From Thermoproteota archaeon (GTDB taxonomy: Archaea > Asgardarchaeota > Jordiarchaeia > Jordiarchaeales > Freyrarchaeaceae), in contig JAPDJY010000019.1 of the NCBI GenBank assembly GCA_029258835.1, forward strand, positions 1 through 62,029: a DNA stretch of 62,029 nucleotides. The letters are read 5' to 3'. The notes under the pieces were generated by a model. That model ran no database searches. It saw only the letters and a program-made list of their open reading frames with translations, and was not told where the DNA came from. The translations under genes were made by a program, and so were the position numbers. Positions 28,906-38,977 of this stretch are shown here, piece by piece (the first letter of the stretch is position 1; every line of letters begins with the position of its first letter).

Positions 28906-29012
28906 GAGTTTAAGCTTTCAACGTCTCTGCTAACATGCAACCTTTCTCCACAACGCCCAGAACTCGGCAATCGCCTTCACATTCACATGGTAATAGTTCG
29001 ATGACGGAGTAT

Positions 29013-29546
29013 TTACTCTTTCTCCCTCACCTTAACCTGAAATGTCCAGACGGGTTCCCCTCTTCCTTCCCCCCCACCACATACATGTTCGATTTCGTGA
29101 TGGAGCCTGCACGCTAACCCTCCACTGAAGGTTAGCGTCTCATCTCCCTCCTCCACCTCTATAGTTTTCTTGAGCGGGTTCACGTGGACTAGCACCGTCT
29201 TCTCCGATTTAACGGTAACCCTGTATGGCCTCCTAACAGCCTCCATGTAGCCTTTCAAGCTGCACTTCTCAAGCCTTGCGACGACGCCCTCCTCCTCAAC
29301 GATGACGGGGTTGACGAGCAGATAAATCGTTTCAACGGTTACTCCCTCCCCGCCAGAATAGTACGTCACCTTATCCTTAACAGCTACAGCACTCACACCC
29401 GACCTAATACTCCAGTCTCCACCATACTCAAGAGATAGTAAAAGGGGGAGGGCTGCTTCCGAAGGCAGACCAAAACGTGAAACCACAACCTCCTCGAGAA
29501 CTCTAAATGAAATCATCCGCTTCAACTCGTCTATCAACAAGACCAC
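29013..29546 (-). CDS. Peptide deformylase-fold metalloprotein (divergent)
   Basis: GVSAVAV, LVNPVI, EKCSL, VRRPYRVTV and LHHEIEH occur in the order of PDF motifs 1-3. Confidence 0.7.
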   Translation of the reverse strand: MVLLIDELKRMISFRVLEEVVVSRFGLPSEAALPLLLSLEYGGDWSIRSGVSAVAVKDKVTYYSGGEGVTVETIYLLVNPVIVEEEGVVARLEKCSLKGYMEAVRRPYRVTVKSEKTVLVHVNPLKKTIEVEEGDETLTFSGGLACRLHHEIEHVCGGGEGRGEPVWTFQVKVREKE

Positions 29547-29816
29547 CCTCCAAACACGCTACGCGGAACCATCAGTCCTCTCACACCACAAACTCAAACA
29601 TCCCCCTTTACAAGTCAGCCCAAAGCAGCCTCAAGGTTCCTCCCGGGAGAGGTAAATCACCTTTACGCCGTAACAAACCCAAACCGTTACCTCCCTTCCA
29701 CCTTATATTTATGTTGCTGGGAAACCTGTCTCACAGAGAGTTACAAACCGCAACCTCGAAATTTTTTTATCATCTTTAATCCATGTTCACTGGAAAACTT
29801 ACGTAGAGGGACTATC

Positions 29817-30977
29817 ATGAGGAAGGTGGCTATTATAGGGGTTGGACACTCAAAGTTTGGTAGGAGAGACGATGTTAACCTTGCAGAGTTAGCCTTCGAA
29901 TCCATCAAGCCCGCCATCGAGGACGCGGGGGTGGCACCAGAGGACATCCCCCTCTTCATTGTTGGAAACGCAGGGTTCTGCGAGGAAACCCTGCCAGCCG
30001 TCGTAATAGCAGACTACGCCGAGCTGTACAACGCTGAACTGCTGAGGACGGAGGCAGCGTGTGCGACATCATCGGCTGCCCTGTCAATGGCCTACACCGT
30101 GGTTGCGTCCGGGAAGTTCGACCTGGCGATGGTTACAGGATGCGAGAAGATGACGGAGCTTGACACACCATACGTGGTCGAGCTGATAGGGAGAGCAGGG
30201 TACTTCTTCTGGGAGTTCCAAAACTTCGGCTTAACGTTTCCAGGATACTACGCACTACACGCGACAGCTTACATGAATAAGTACGGCGCCACGGAGGAGC
30301 ACCTCGCAATGGTAGCGGTGAAAAACCACAAGTATGCGTCCATGAACCCATACGCCCAGTTCAGGCAAGAGATAACGGTGGAGCAAGCCCTCCAGTCACC
30401 CTACATAGCATGGCCCCTCAAACTCTTCGACTGTTGCCCGATAAGCGACGGCTCCGCCACGGTGATAATAGCAGCGGAGGAGAAGGCGAAGGAGCTAACC
30501 GACACCCCAATCTGGATAGAAGCCATTGAAGGATGCGGCGGCTCAGCCAACCTGACGAAAAGAGAGAACTTCGTGGGGTTAAGGGCTGCAAGGGTAGCAG
30601 CCGAAAGAGCCCTCAAAAGGGCGAAGCTGACCCCAGACCAGATAGACGTGGCGAACGTCCACGACTGCTTCACCATAGCCGAGCTAATGGCGATGGAGGA
30701 CGTAGGCTTCTGCGGAAGAGGGGAAGCATACAAGCTGGTCGAAGAAGGGCAAACCTACATAGGAGGCAAGATCCCAATAAACGTGGACGGCGGCCTAAAA
30801 GCTAAGGGACACCCCATAGGCGCAACGGGGACAAGCATGATATACAACCTCACCAAGCAGCTAAGGGAGGAATACGGCAGCAGCAATCAGGCCCCAATCA
30901 AGAACGGGTACGCGCTCGCACACAACGTAGGAGGCACAGGACACTACGCATACGTAACCATCCTGAGCAGAAAGTAG
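29817..30977 (+). CDS. Thiolase (acetyl-CoA acetyltransferase, archaeal/SCP2-like type)
   Basis: EAACAT, CCPISDG, VHDCFT, KGHPIGATG and HNVGG motifs. Confidence 0.93.
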   Translation: MRKVAIIGVGHSKFGRRDDVNLAELAFESIKPAIEDAGVAPEDIPLFIVGNAGFCEETLPAVVIADYAELYNAELLRTEAACATSSAALSMAYTVVASGKFDLAMVTGCEKMTELDTPYVVELIGRAGYFFWEFQNFGLTFPGYYALHATAYMNKYGATEEHLAMVAVKNHKYASMNPYAQFRQEITVEQALQSPYIAWPLKLFDCCPISDGSATVIIAAEEKAKELTDTPIWIEAIEGCGGSANLTKRENFVGLRAARVAAERALKRAKLTPDQIDVANVHDCFTIAELMAMEDVGFCGRGEAYKLVEEGQTYIGGKIPINVDGGLKAKGHPIGATGTSMIYNLTKQLREEYGSSNQAPIKNGYALAHNVGGTGHYAYVTILSRK

Positions 30978-30989
30978 GAGGTTGATAAC

Positions 30990-31445
30990 GTGTCGAAGAA
31001 GGAGCCTAAACCACACATCCTCTCAAGACCACTAACCTTAATCTACAGGTTGCCCATAAGCAAAACCCTGCCCTTCTGGGAGGGTCTCAAAGAAGGAAAG
31101 CTCCTAGCTACGAAGTGCAAGAAGTGCGGCAGGATGACCTTCCCACCACAGGCAGACTGCCCAAGCTGCTACTCCTCAGAGGTCGAATGGGTCGAACTCA
31201 GCAAGGAGGCAGAACTGATAACAGCCACAGCAATAATGGTTAAACCAACCTCATTCGCCAAAGAAGAAACCTACATAGTAGCAGTCGCCATGCTGAAAGA
31301 AGGATTAAAAGCCGTCGCATGGCTCAAAGGCATAAAGCCGGACCCAGCAGAACTAAAAGAAAAGATCAAGCCCGGAATGAAGCTAAAAGTTGAAACAGTA
31401 GTCCCTGAAGAAGGCAACCCGTACTACGTTTTCGTCCCAGCTTAA
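30990..31445 (+). CDS. DUF35 Zn-ribbon/OB-fold thiolase partner
   Basis: FWEGLKEGKL, CKKCG...FPP...CPSC; directly downstream of the thiolase. Confidence 0.9.
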   Translation: MSKKEPKPHILSRPLTLIYRLPISKTLPFWEGLKEGKLLATKCKKCGRMTFPPQADCPSCYSSEVEWVELSKEAELITATAIMVKPTSFAKEETYIVAVAMLKEGLKAVAWLKGIKPDPAELKEKIKPGMKLKVETVVPEEGNPYYVFVPA

Positions 31446-32465
31446 TCCCCCCTTTTTAAAACCCTTGGAGGAGCCCCGATGGAAAAAACATGCAAAAGTC
31501 AAAACGAGAAAGGTAAAATGATCGAAGGGTTTTCATCTGAAGAGTTCTCCTCAGACCTTGAACTTAACCCATGCTGCTTCTCAGGAGCGTCAACCGAACT
31601 CTTCTTCTACTGCTACTGGAAAATGAATAAAAACTCCACCAGTAAAAACGACAATAAGAAACATGAAGGAAAATAAAAGAAACCTTATGAAATAGCAGCT
31701 TCAAGATATAATTTTCAACCAGCATGTACACATACATTCGAGCAAACATCAATAAACTTGGCCCTCCTCCAACCTTCCATATTTTAACTCTAACGCCACG
31801 CCAAGAATCCTCGTTGCTTAGGTCCCTTCAACTTCCCACCCCTTCCTCGGAACACTTTTCATTTGATGAAAATGCCGCACCCCTCCCTAAAAGGTCTTCA
31901 TCATGAAGGACATGAACAACGAGAACAATTCCCAATTTATACTAATAACGTCTTGAATGCTGGCGTTCACCTTTACTCGTAACCCCTCTTCGCCTAGGAA
32001 ACCCTAAGGAGAAAATTTCCGCCAGTGAAAGACTCTACCTATAATCGCAAATGCAAATCCATGGGCAAGTTCAGAGGACTCTCTCACCCAAAGGTAAGAT
32101 GCTTCTCCACCTCAGTTAACGCCCACCGGAATAATGCTAAGGTCAGCGTAACCTGTTCCCACCTCATTTAACTGCCTTCAAATAACATTCAATCATCCTC
32201 CTCCACCCCATCCCAAACACCCCACTCTACATTTTTGCATTTCCCCTTCACGTCTACAGTTCAGCTGTAACTGAAAAATTAAACAGTTTTAAATCGAAAA
32301 TGTGGCGTTTCTTTCACTAGCATCTTTAAAAAGCAACATAAACTAAGAAATATAAAACATAATTTTTGACGAATAAGAAATAAAACAGGTTTAAATTCAA
32401 AATTAGCCATTTTACATCAAAAATCAGCAAAATAAACGATTTATCTTTTCTATTTCACGCGTAAC

Positions 32466-32482
32466 CGAAACCCCATATAAAA
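32466..32482 (+). promoter_or_regulatory. BRE/TATA promoter of the 15-gene operon
   Basis: CGAAAC followed by CATATAAAA at the end of a long AT-rich intergenic stretch, about 35-45 nt before the first start. Confidence 0.55.
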
Positions 32483-32517
32483 CTATTTCTCCTTATAAAC
32501 TCCACAAAAAAGGCTCG

Positions 32518-33492
32518 GTGGCCCGGATGGAAGCAAGCCTGACGGTTAACGGAGTCCCTGTCCACGTACGTCTAATAGACACATCAGACTTTAAAGTTCT
32601 CTATGTAAATGGCTCGGCATGCTATGAGGAAGCGGCTAAAGCCATTCCAGGAGTGGAAACCGTCAAAGTAGCCGGAGTAACAGTCCTCAAATCGTCATCA
32701 GGTAAACCAGTCATACCAGTAGTTCACCAGTCAGGCAGCCCCCTACCAGAAAACCAGATTGTAAACTTGGCAAAAACCGTTCACAAAAAGGAAGAGTGGG
32801 AGATCGCACGGCTAAAGATCATAGCTGCGAAAGCGGTAAGCATGGCAGCTCTAGCAACAGGCGTGGTGGCTGCTGCAACGCTATCAGCTATCCTAGGCGC
32901 TGTAGCCGTAGCCCTGGGAGTATCCTCAGTACTCCTGCTAAAACTAGCGGATAACGGCATCAAACACATCGTAAGCCAGAAGGTGGTGATCGAAGAAGGA
33001 GTCGTTGGGGGGGAGGGTGAAGAAGACGAGTTAAGCGAAGAAGACTACTATAGGGATGCTGCCAGCCTATGCTATGAAAAGGCCCAACGCTTACTTCAGG
33101 ATGGGAAAAGCGAGGAGGCTCTAACTTACGCGTTGAGAAGCCTAGAGTATGCGAGCAAGTTTACACAGGTAGAAGCAGATGTAGACGACTTACAGCAGGT
33201 GCTACAGGCAATCGACCGAGCGTTAAAAAGCAAGCCACCCCTCCAGCAGCCTAAAACACAAGCCTCACAGCCCCCCTCTCAGCGGAAAGATGGTGTCGCC
33301 TCTCAAGGAAGTCCACAACAGTCGAAGCAGGAATGTGGCGGAGAAGGCGGCGTATGCGACGTAGGAGGAATTCTACGCCAACTTGAAGAATACTCTGGCA
33401 AAACGCTTAGCAGGAAAGGTGAAGGTGGGAAGGTGAAAGGTGAGGTATGCGCTGAGAAAGGTAAGCTGGACGCCTTCATGGAGGTAGCGTAA
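32518..33492 (+). CDS. Membrane-associated hypothetical protein (Ala/Gly-rich hydrophobic hairpin, acidic linker, TPR-like helices, Q/P-rich linker)
   Basis: Hydrophobic stretch AVSMAALATGVVAAATLSAILGAVAVALGVSSVLLL; first gene of the operon; start may be ATG 32527. Confidence 0.7.
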   Translation: MARMEASLTVNGVPVHVRLIDTSDFKVLYVNGSACYEEAAKAIPGVETVKVAGVTVLKSSSGKPVIPVVHQSGSPLPENQIVNLAKTVHKKEEWEIARLKIIAAKAVSMAALATGVVAAATLSAILGAVAVALGVSSVLLLKLADNGIKHIVSQKVVIEEGVVGGEGEEDELSEEDYYRDAASLCYEKAQRLLQDGKSEEALTYALRSLEYASKFTQVEADVDDLQQVLQAIDRALKSKPPLQQPKTQASQPPSQRKDGVASQGSPQQSKQECGGEGGVCDVGGILRQLEEYSGKTLSRKGEGGKVKGEVCAEKGKLDAFMEVA

Positions 33493-35028
33493 ATGAAGAA
33501 GCTTACAACCATTTCTCTTATAGCATTAACGTTAACACTAGCACTAACCCTGCTTTCCACCCACATTCATCCTCAAAACTCTATCCTTCTCATCCCTCCC
33601 TCCTCCCTCCCCTCTCACCCCCATCAAGGTAAGTTTTCACACACCCTTATCTACCTGTACAATTCATCGGCTCTTAACTACTATGAGGACTGGGCTGACA
33701 CTTTGTCGCAGGAGGGATACGTGACCATAGGAGTTAACTACTCCGACTTTAACCCTCACATGGAGTGTGATGCAATAATTATAGATGCAAACCTTAAGGT
33801 TGACGCCGAATTAGCCTCCAACATAGAATCCGCCGGCAAACCCGTTCTAGCCATAGGGCTAGGAGGCTCCCTCTACCTCAACAACACCGGGGTAACCGTG
33901 AAAACATACAGCTACCACGCAGCCAACGAGGTACACTTCATATATAGATCCCAAGAAGCCCAGTCGCATGAGGTCCTCAACGTTCCAAGTAGGGTTAACT
34001 TCAGCGGCAACGGCTACATCCCTCTCCCTTTGGAAGAGGAGGAACTCACCTATGTTAAAGCAGGTCTGAAGAGGATTCTTTACGACTTATACGTTGGCGG
34101 GTACTCCTTCATGAGCTTAAACGGTTCAACCATCCACCTGGCACTCCCCAACGTAACCAAGCTTAAGGTGAGTGGGCTGGGAAAGCAAGCATACCACAGT
34201 ATTGTAAACGCCGTCGACTGGCTTTCACGGGGCGCCCCCAAGCTTAGACTGATCGTATCCTCATCAAAAACGGTTTACGAGGCGGCAGAACCGATAAACG
34301 TGACAGTAAAACCCTACGATAATTACATGGTGGAATGGCTCCAGACCCCAGGTGAAACCACCCTAACCCTAACCCACGTGGAAAAAGGGGGGACAGTGTA
34401 CTCTGAAATCAGGTCAGGGTGCAACTTAACCTTCACCATTCATAAACCGCTGGAGAGAGGAAACTACACGGTGAAGGTTACCCGCGAATCCTACACCTCC
34501 ACGGTCAGCATACAGGTAAACTACACCATGATAAAAATAGTAAATCTGACTTGCAGCGAAGATGTTCTTCAGGCAAAAGTAGAGGTAGAGGGAGAACCCG
34601 AAGCAGGCATCGAAGTGGTCTTCAGCTACAAAGCCGGTGTCTGGCCGCCAGCTGACTTCTGGGACAACCATTACGAATACGCTGAGGTCGGGAGGGCTGA
34701 AACCAACAGTAGCGGGTGGGCGACGCTGAGCTGGAACCCGGAGCCTGGAACCTACACGGTCGTAGCATGGATACAAGCTCAGCACGGACCAGAGAATTGG
34801 ACGACTACGTTAATACGAGTAAGCGGGGTGGCCCCCGGCACACCCTCCGAGCCTCCAGGCTTCAACCCTCCAACCCCATCCTCAGGAAACACTCACTCAC
34901 TGTTTCTCCTCTCCGCTTTAACGGTTACGTCGAACGTGGGCGAGGCTGGCTACGTTAGGATTGAAGGCTGCATTGCAGCAGCCCTGGGAGCAGTCACCCT
35001 CGTAGCCGCCAGAAAAAGAAGCCTCTAA
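33493..35028 (+). CDS. Secreted, C-terminally anchored surface protein with Ig-like beta domains
   Basis: Signal peptide MKKLTTISLIALTLTLAL, GNYTVKV/PGTYTVVA strands, N-glycosylation sequons, Pro-rich linker, terminal TM helix plus RKRS. Confidence 0.8.
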   Translation: MKKLTTISLIALTLTLALTLLSTHIHPQNSILLIPPSSLPSHPHQGKFSHTLIYLYNSSALNYYEDWADTLSQEGYVTIGVNYSDFNPHMECDAIIIDANLKVDAELASNIESAGKPVLAIGLGGSLYLNNTGVTVKTYSYHAANEVHFIYRSQEAQSHEVLNVPSRVNFSGNGYIPLPLEEEELTYVKAGLKRILYDLYVGGYSFMSLNGSTIHLALPNVTKLKVSGLGKQAYHSIVNAVDWLSRGAPKLRLIVSSSKTVYEAAEPINVTVKPYDNYMVEWLQTPGETTLTLTHVEKGGTVYSEIRSGCNLTFTIHKPLERGNYTVKVTRESYTSTVSIQVNYTMIKIVNLTCSEDVLQAKVEVEGEPEAGIEVVFSYKAGVWPPADFWDNHYEYAEVGRAETNSSGWATLSWNPEPGTYTVVAWIQAQHGPENWTTTLIRVSGVAPGTPSEPPGFNPPTPSSGNTHSLFLLSALTVTSNVGEAGYVRIEGCIAAALGAVTLVAARKRSL

Positions 35029-35038
35029 AGGAGGGATC

Positions 35039-35911
35039 GTGGTGGAAGCTAAAACGGTTAAAATTGATCCGAGTCAAAGTGTAGCCTCCCTCGACGGCCT
35101 CCTCGAATCCCTTCTTCACACAGTCGAGGTTAACCTCGGACGTAGAAAGCCTAAAAGCATATGCATAGTTGATGGTGACATGAACGTTTGGGCTTCGCGA
35201 GGCGAGGTTGACGCCTCCGTCATAAGCAAGTACAAGGGGATACCGTTCGATCGGCTTGAGGCTGGAAGCCTCCTCCACGACTCGTCAAGCTTCCTTCTCA
35301 AGGTTAGCGACAGGTTCGGCGTCCTCGTATCCATGTCAGAGTCGGACCTGTCAATGATCGCGGCGGCAAACCTTAAGGGGCGTCTAGGCGCGTTAAGCGA
35401 GTTCTACAAGCTGGACAAGGTGGTAAGCGAGGTAGAAAAAAGGAAAGGGAAGCTGGAGGCGCTTCTGTCCGAAGCAGCTAGAAGTTATCAGCTTCTAACC
35501 CAAAGAGGCGACCTCCACCTCCTAGTCCTGTGTGATAGTGACGGACGGGTTCTAGCATGGTGGGGGTCAACTCATCCAAGGCTCCTCTGGGAGCTGGCAG
35601 CCTTAGGCGCTGCCCTGATCCAGATGGGTAAAGCAGGAGAGGAAAGGCTTGGAGCCCCGTTCGAGAACGCAACGGTTATGTATCGCGGCTACCAGCTCCA
35701 CGCCTTTAAAGTGTGCGAAGCCGAAGGCAGACTTATAGTTCTCCTGGCAGTTGCATCGAGCACGGCAAACCTTGGACTTCTAAGAGTTAAGCTAGCACGC
35801 CACGCCCGCCATCTCGAGGCGGCGGTGAGGGTTGAAGCCAAAAGGACACTAAAAGTGACCGAGGAAGACGTAGAGAAAATTCTAGAAAAGTTCTCAGCGG
35901 GTGGATACTAG
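35039..35911 (+). CDS. Roadblock/LC7 (MglB-like) protein with a second, probably related N-terminal domain
   Basis: LLVLCDSDGRVLA...LAALGAAL...VLLAVASSTANLGLLRVKL is a roadblock signature; abuts the GTPase gene. Confidence 0.8.
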   Translation: MVEAKTVKIDPSQSVASLDGLLESLLHTVEVNLGRRKPKSICIVDGDMNVWASRGEVDASVISKYKGIPFDRLEAGSLLHDSSSFLLKVSDRFGVLVSMSESDLSMIAAANLKGRLGALSEFYKLDKVVSEVEKRKGKLEALLSEAARSYQLLTQRGDLHLLVLCDSDGRVLAWWGSTHPRLLWELAALGAALIQMGKAGEERLGAPFENATVMYRGYQLHAFKVCEAEGRLIVLLAVASSTANLGLLRVKLARHARHLEAAVRVEAKRTLKVTEEDVEKILEKFSAGGY

Positions 35912-36520
35912 ATGAAAACAAGGGGAAAGTTTGTAGGCTGCTACGACACGCCGTCAAACTTCAGAGTCGACATGCAGGTTAAGCTTGTCCTTTGGGGTCC
36001 AGGGCTCAGCGGTAAGACAACGTTCCTCAGAGCAATAGCCAAGCTTTACCCCCACATGATCGTAGCCGGCCCGATAGAGCTCGCCACGAGCGAGGGTAGA
36101 ACCATCTGGGAAGACTACCTGGCGCTCCAAGCATGCTACCGCCACCTCAGCGTAACCTTCCACATTTACACTACTACCGGTCAACGCCGCTTCCTGCATA
36201 CGAGAGAGTACGTTGTCGGGGGAGCGGACGCCATCCTCTTCGTCGCCGACTCACGTGGAGAACAGATAAAGGAGAACAAGAGAAGCTGGGAAGAACTAAC
36301 CTCCATTCTACCCCCAGTTCCTCCACCGGTGCTGGTTGCAGCCAACAAGCAGGACCTGCCTGGCGTGCTAAGCTGCGAGGACGTGGCGAGCATACTGCAC
36401 GTTGACGAAGACATAGTCTACCCCACGATAGCGCGTGAAGCATGGGGGGTGGACGAAGTGTTCAAGGAGCTGGTTCGGTCATCCCTAATAGGGGAAATGA
36501 AGCCGAAAACCCAATACTAG
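35912..36520 (+). CDS. MglA-like small GTPase
   Basis: GPGLSGKTT (G1), ATSEGRTIWEDY (G2 with Arg), IYTTTGQ (Asp-less G3), GADAILFVADS, NKQD (G4) and TIA (G5). Confidence 0.88.
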   Translation: MKTRGKFVGCYDTPSNFRVDMQVKLVLWGPGLSGKTTFLRAIAKLYPHMIVAGPIELATSEGRTIWEDYLALQACYRHLSVTFHIYTTTGQRRFLHTREYVVGGADAILFVADSRGEQIKENKRSWEELTSILPPVPPPVLVAANKQDLPGVLSCEDVASILHVDEDIVYPTIAREAWGVDEVFKELVRSSLIGEMKPKTQY

Positions 36521-36531
36521 GAGGCGCGAAC

Positions 36532-37173
36532 GTGGCATCCCTACTAGTGTACATGTCGGCTGAGGACCTAGCTAGGCTTGGAAGCCTCATATTTGCAGGT
36601 AGAAACGTGCTTATCGAAGGCTTCATAGAGTCCAGCCTCCTCCTCCACCTCTCCTCCTTCACCGTCAGGGATCCCATCATCGCCGACGACGCATGCACCC
36701 TGCTAAACTTGCAGTGCACCACGGGAATCCTCCCAATATACCCTAATGTTCCAGCCGAGCTCCTGCCTGAACTCTTCAACGTTGACGGAGGATGGGTTGC
36801 CACCACCAGAAAAGTTAACCTTACCCCGCCATCAACGATCCCAGTCTACCACATGTCATCTCAAAAATGGAGTAACGCTCCCGAACCCCTCGCCTTTTTC
36901 CTTGAAGCCGTACGTTTCGCCTCGAAGACACGGGATTTAAGCAGGGTCATTAAAGCAATTACAAGCGTGGTTGAAGCCAAAGCATCCGCGGTCTGGGAGA
37001 TGCTGGAGGCCGGGTTAGCGTTCAGCGAAGCTCTGCAAACGGCGGCCTCCTCGCCAGAGGAGGCACAGGTAATACTGCTACGCTTAGAGCTGGAACACGG
37101 CCTTCCAGCCTCGAGAAGCGAAGTGTTAGACGCCTTAAGGAGGGTTACAAATGCTAGCAAACACCCAAAGTAA
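36532..37173 (+). CDS. Hypothetical protein
   Basis: GTG at 36532 after GGAGG; fills the gap between the GTPase and helicase genes; no recognised motif. Confidence 0.65.
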   Translation: MASLLVYMSAEDLARLGSLIFAGRNVLIEGFIESSLLLHLSSFTVRDPIIADDACTLLNLQCTTGILPIYPNVPAELLPELFNVDGGWVATTRKVNLTPPSTIPVYHMSSQKWSNAPEPLAFFLEAVRFASKTRDLSRVIKAITSVVEAKASAVWEMLEAGLAFSEALQTAASSPEEAQVILLRLELEHGLPASRSEVLDALRRVTNASKHPK

Positions 37174-38977
37174 GATGGATACTCCATTGGCGGGCAGCCT
37201 CGACCTGAAGGACGGTAAAGCCCGTTTTTCACAGCGGCGGCTCCTCCTTTCCATGGCGGAGAAAGCAGGGGTGTTCAAAGGTGAGAGCATCCTGATAGTA
37301 GCTCCTCCCGGCTCCGGTAAAACATGGCTCGGCTTAGAGGTTGCAGCTGGCAGGGCGTTAATGGGTGAGAAAGCGGCGTACCTAGCACCCTTAAGAGCCC
37401 TCGCGGCCGAGTGCTATTATAAGATCAAGAGGAAGGGATTAAGTGTTTCCCTAACGACCGGAGACTACCACCTTCCTCTGGGCGAGGAGTGGAGCATCCT
37501 GGTTTCAACGTTTGAGCGCTTCGACTCTCTCACTAGGAGAAGCGAGGTGTCTGTCGGCACGGTGGTTGTCGACGAGGTTCACACGCTCGGCGACGGCAGG
37601 AGAGGTGCCCGCCTAGAAGGACTACTGGTTAGAATGCGTGAATCAAACGTTCAGCTGGTCGCTTTGACCGCTACCCTAGGCAACGCCGAGGAAATAGCTG
37701 AATGGCTCGGGTTAAAGCTTCTGAAGCTTAAGCCAGCGCGTAGGCAACCAAAGGTTATCGTTTGCCAAGACAAGAACCGCGCAGTTTTAGAGCTGGCTGA
37801 GCGTGCTGTGAACGAGCGTGAGCAGCTTCTCGTCTTCGTTTCAACTAGGAGAAGCGCTGAGTCGCTGGCTAAGGTCATCGCGAAAAAGCTAGGCTTAGAC
37901 TTTACGGGTTCAAGCCTGAAATGTCTTCCAGACGAGTTGGGCGAGCTAGCCGCGTCTGGGGTAGGATACCACCACGCTGGGCTAACGAGAAAGACTAGGG
38001 CAGCCATCGAAGAACTGTTTGACCAAGGAGTCATTAGAGTTTTGGTGGCAACCACTACGCTTTCCGCCGGGGTAAACATCCCAGCCAGCATCGTCGCAGT
38101 TAGAGACTTAAGGGTTTTCGACGGTGAAAGGTCAACTTACCTGGACGCCAACGTACTCCACCAAATTCTTGGGAGGGCTGGCAGGCGTGGGGGGAAAGGA
38201 GAGTCCTTCATACTATGCCAGTCGCATGCAGAGAAGGGAGCAGTCCTGAGGAGGTACTTTAACGGGTCAGCTCCAGTCACGTCCTCGGCAGTAAGCCAGA
38301 TATGGCGCTTCTTAGACGAGCAAGTGCTGGTTGAGGTTTATAGGAGAGGGGAAGCATCACTAAGAGACCTTCAAGGATTCCTCGAGCGAACACTGTGGTG
38401 GAAGCAAAGGATAAGGGAGAAGTTAAGGCTTAAGCCTGAAAAGGTCGTCGTTGAGGGGCAAGTGGCCAAAGGCTTCTTCAAGGCAAGTAAGGCAATCATA
38501 TCCTTTGACCCCTTAAGGTTCAGCTGCAGTTGCAGTCTACCTCAGCCATGCCCCCACGTTAAAGCCCTAGCGTCAGAGGTTGGAGTAGACCTTTCCAACC
38601 CGTTAAAACCAGTCTTGGAGCGTCTCGCCAGGCAAGGATTCCTTGAACAGACAACGGGTAAAACGTATTTCCTTTCAGCCTTCGGAGCATTAACGGTCAA
38701 ACTTTACCTCACATGCGACGTCGCCCTCCTTTTAAGGAGAAGAGTGAGAACGTGCCGAAGCGAACGGGACGTTAAACTCCTAGCAATGGAGGCACTGGAG
38801 GAGTGCGCTTGCAGGAAACTTGGGAAACCACACGAGGAGAACGCTGACCTCCCGTGGATGATCTACTGCATAGGAGAAGTAGCCCGCCTTGAAGGCGCAG
38901 TTAACGCCATGCTCGCATCCCAAACTCTAAGGGGGGAGGTTGAACGCTGGAGCCAGCTGCGGGAGGATGCTAAATGA
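37151..38977 (+). CDS. Ski2/Hel308-like SF2 helicase with a SWIM-type zinc finger
   Basis: APPGSGKT, APLRALA, DEVH, LTAT, YHHAGL, ATTTLSAGVNIP and QILGRAGR motifs; CSCSLPQPCPH finger; start may be 37175. Confidence 0.9.
   Translation: MLANTQSKMDTPLAGSLDLKDGKARFSQRRLLLSMAEKAGVFKGESILIVAPPGSGKTWLGLEVAAGRALMGEKAAYLAPLRALAAECYYKIKRKGLSVSLTTGDYHLPLGEEWSILVSTFERFDSLTRRSEVSVGTVVVDEVHTLGDGRRGARLEGLLVRMRESNVQLVALTATLGNAEEIAEWLGLKLLKLKPARRQPKVIVCQDKNRAVLELAERAVNEREQLLVFVSTRRSAESLAKVIAKKLGLDFTGSSLKCLPDELGELAASGVGYHHAGLTRKTRAAIEELFDQGVIRVLVATTTLSAGVNIPASIVAVRDLRVFDGERSTYLDANVLHQILGRAGRRGGKGESFILCQSHAEKGAVLRRYFNGSAPVTSSAVSQIWRFLDEQVLVEVYRRGEASLRDLQGFLERTLWWKQRIREKLRLKPEKVVVEGQVAKGFFKASKAIISFDPLRFSCSCSLPQPCPHVKALASEVGVDLSNPLKPVLERLARQGFLEQTTGKTYFLSAFGALTVKLYLTCDVALLLRRRVRTCRSERDVKLLAMEALEECACRKLGKPHEENADLPWMIYCIGEVARLEGAVNAMLASQTLRGEVERWSQLREDAK

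Noticed and set aside
31450-32250. Short ORFs in the gap before the large operon
   Set aside because: No coherent motifs; perhaps a decayed minus-strand gene, but I cannot identify it.
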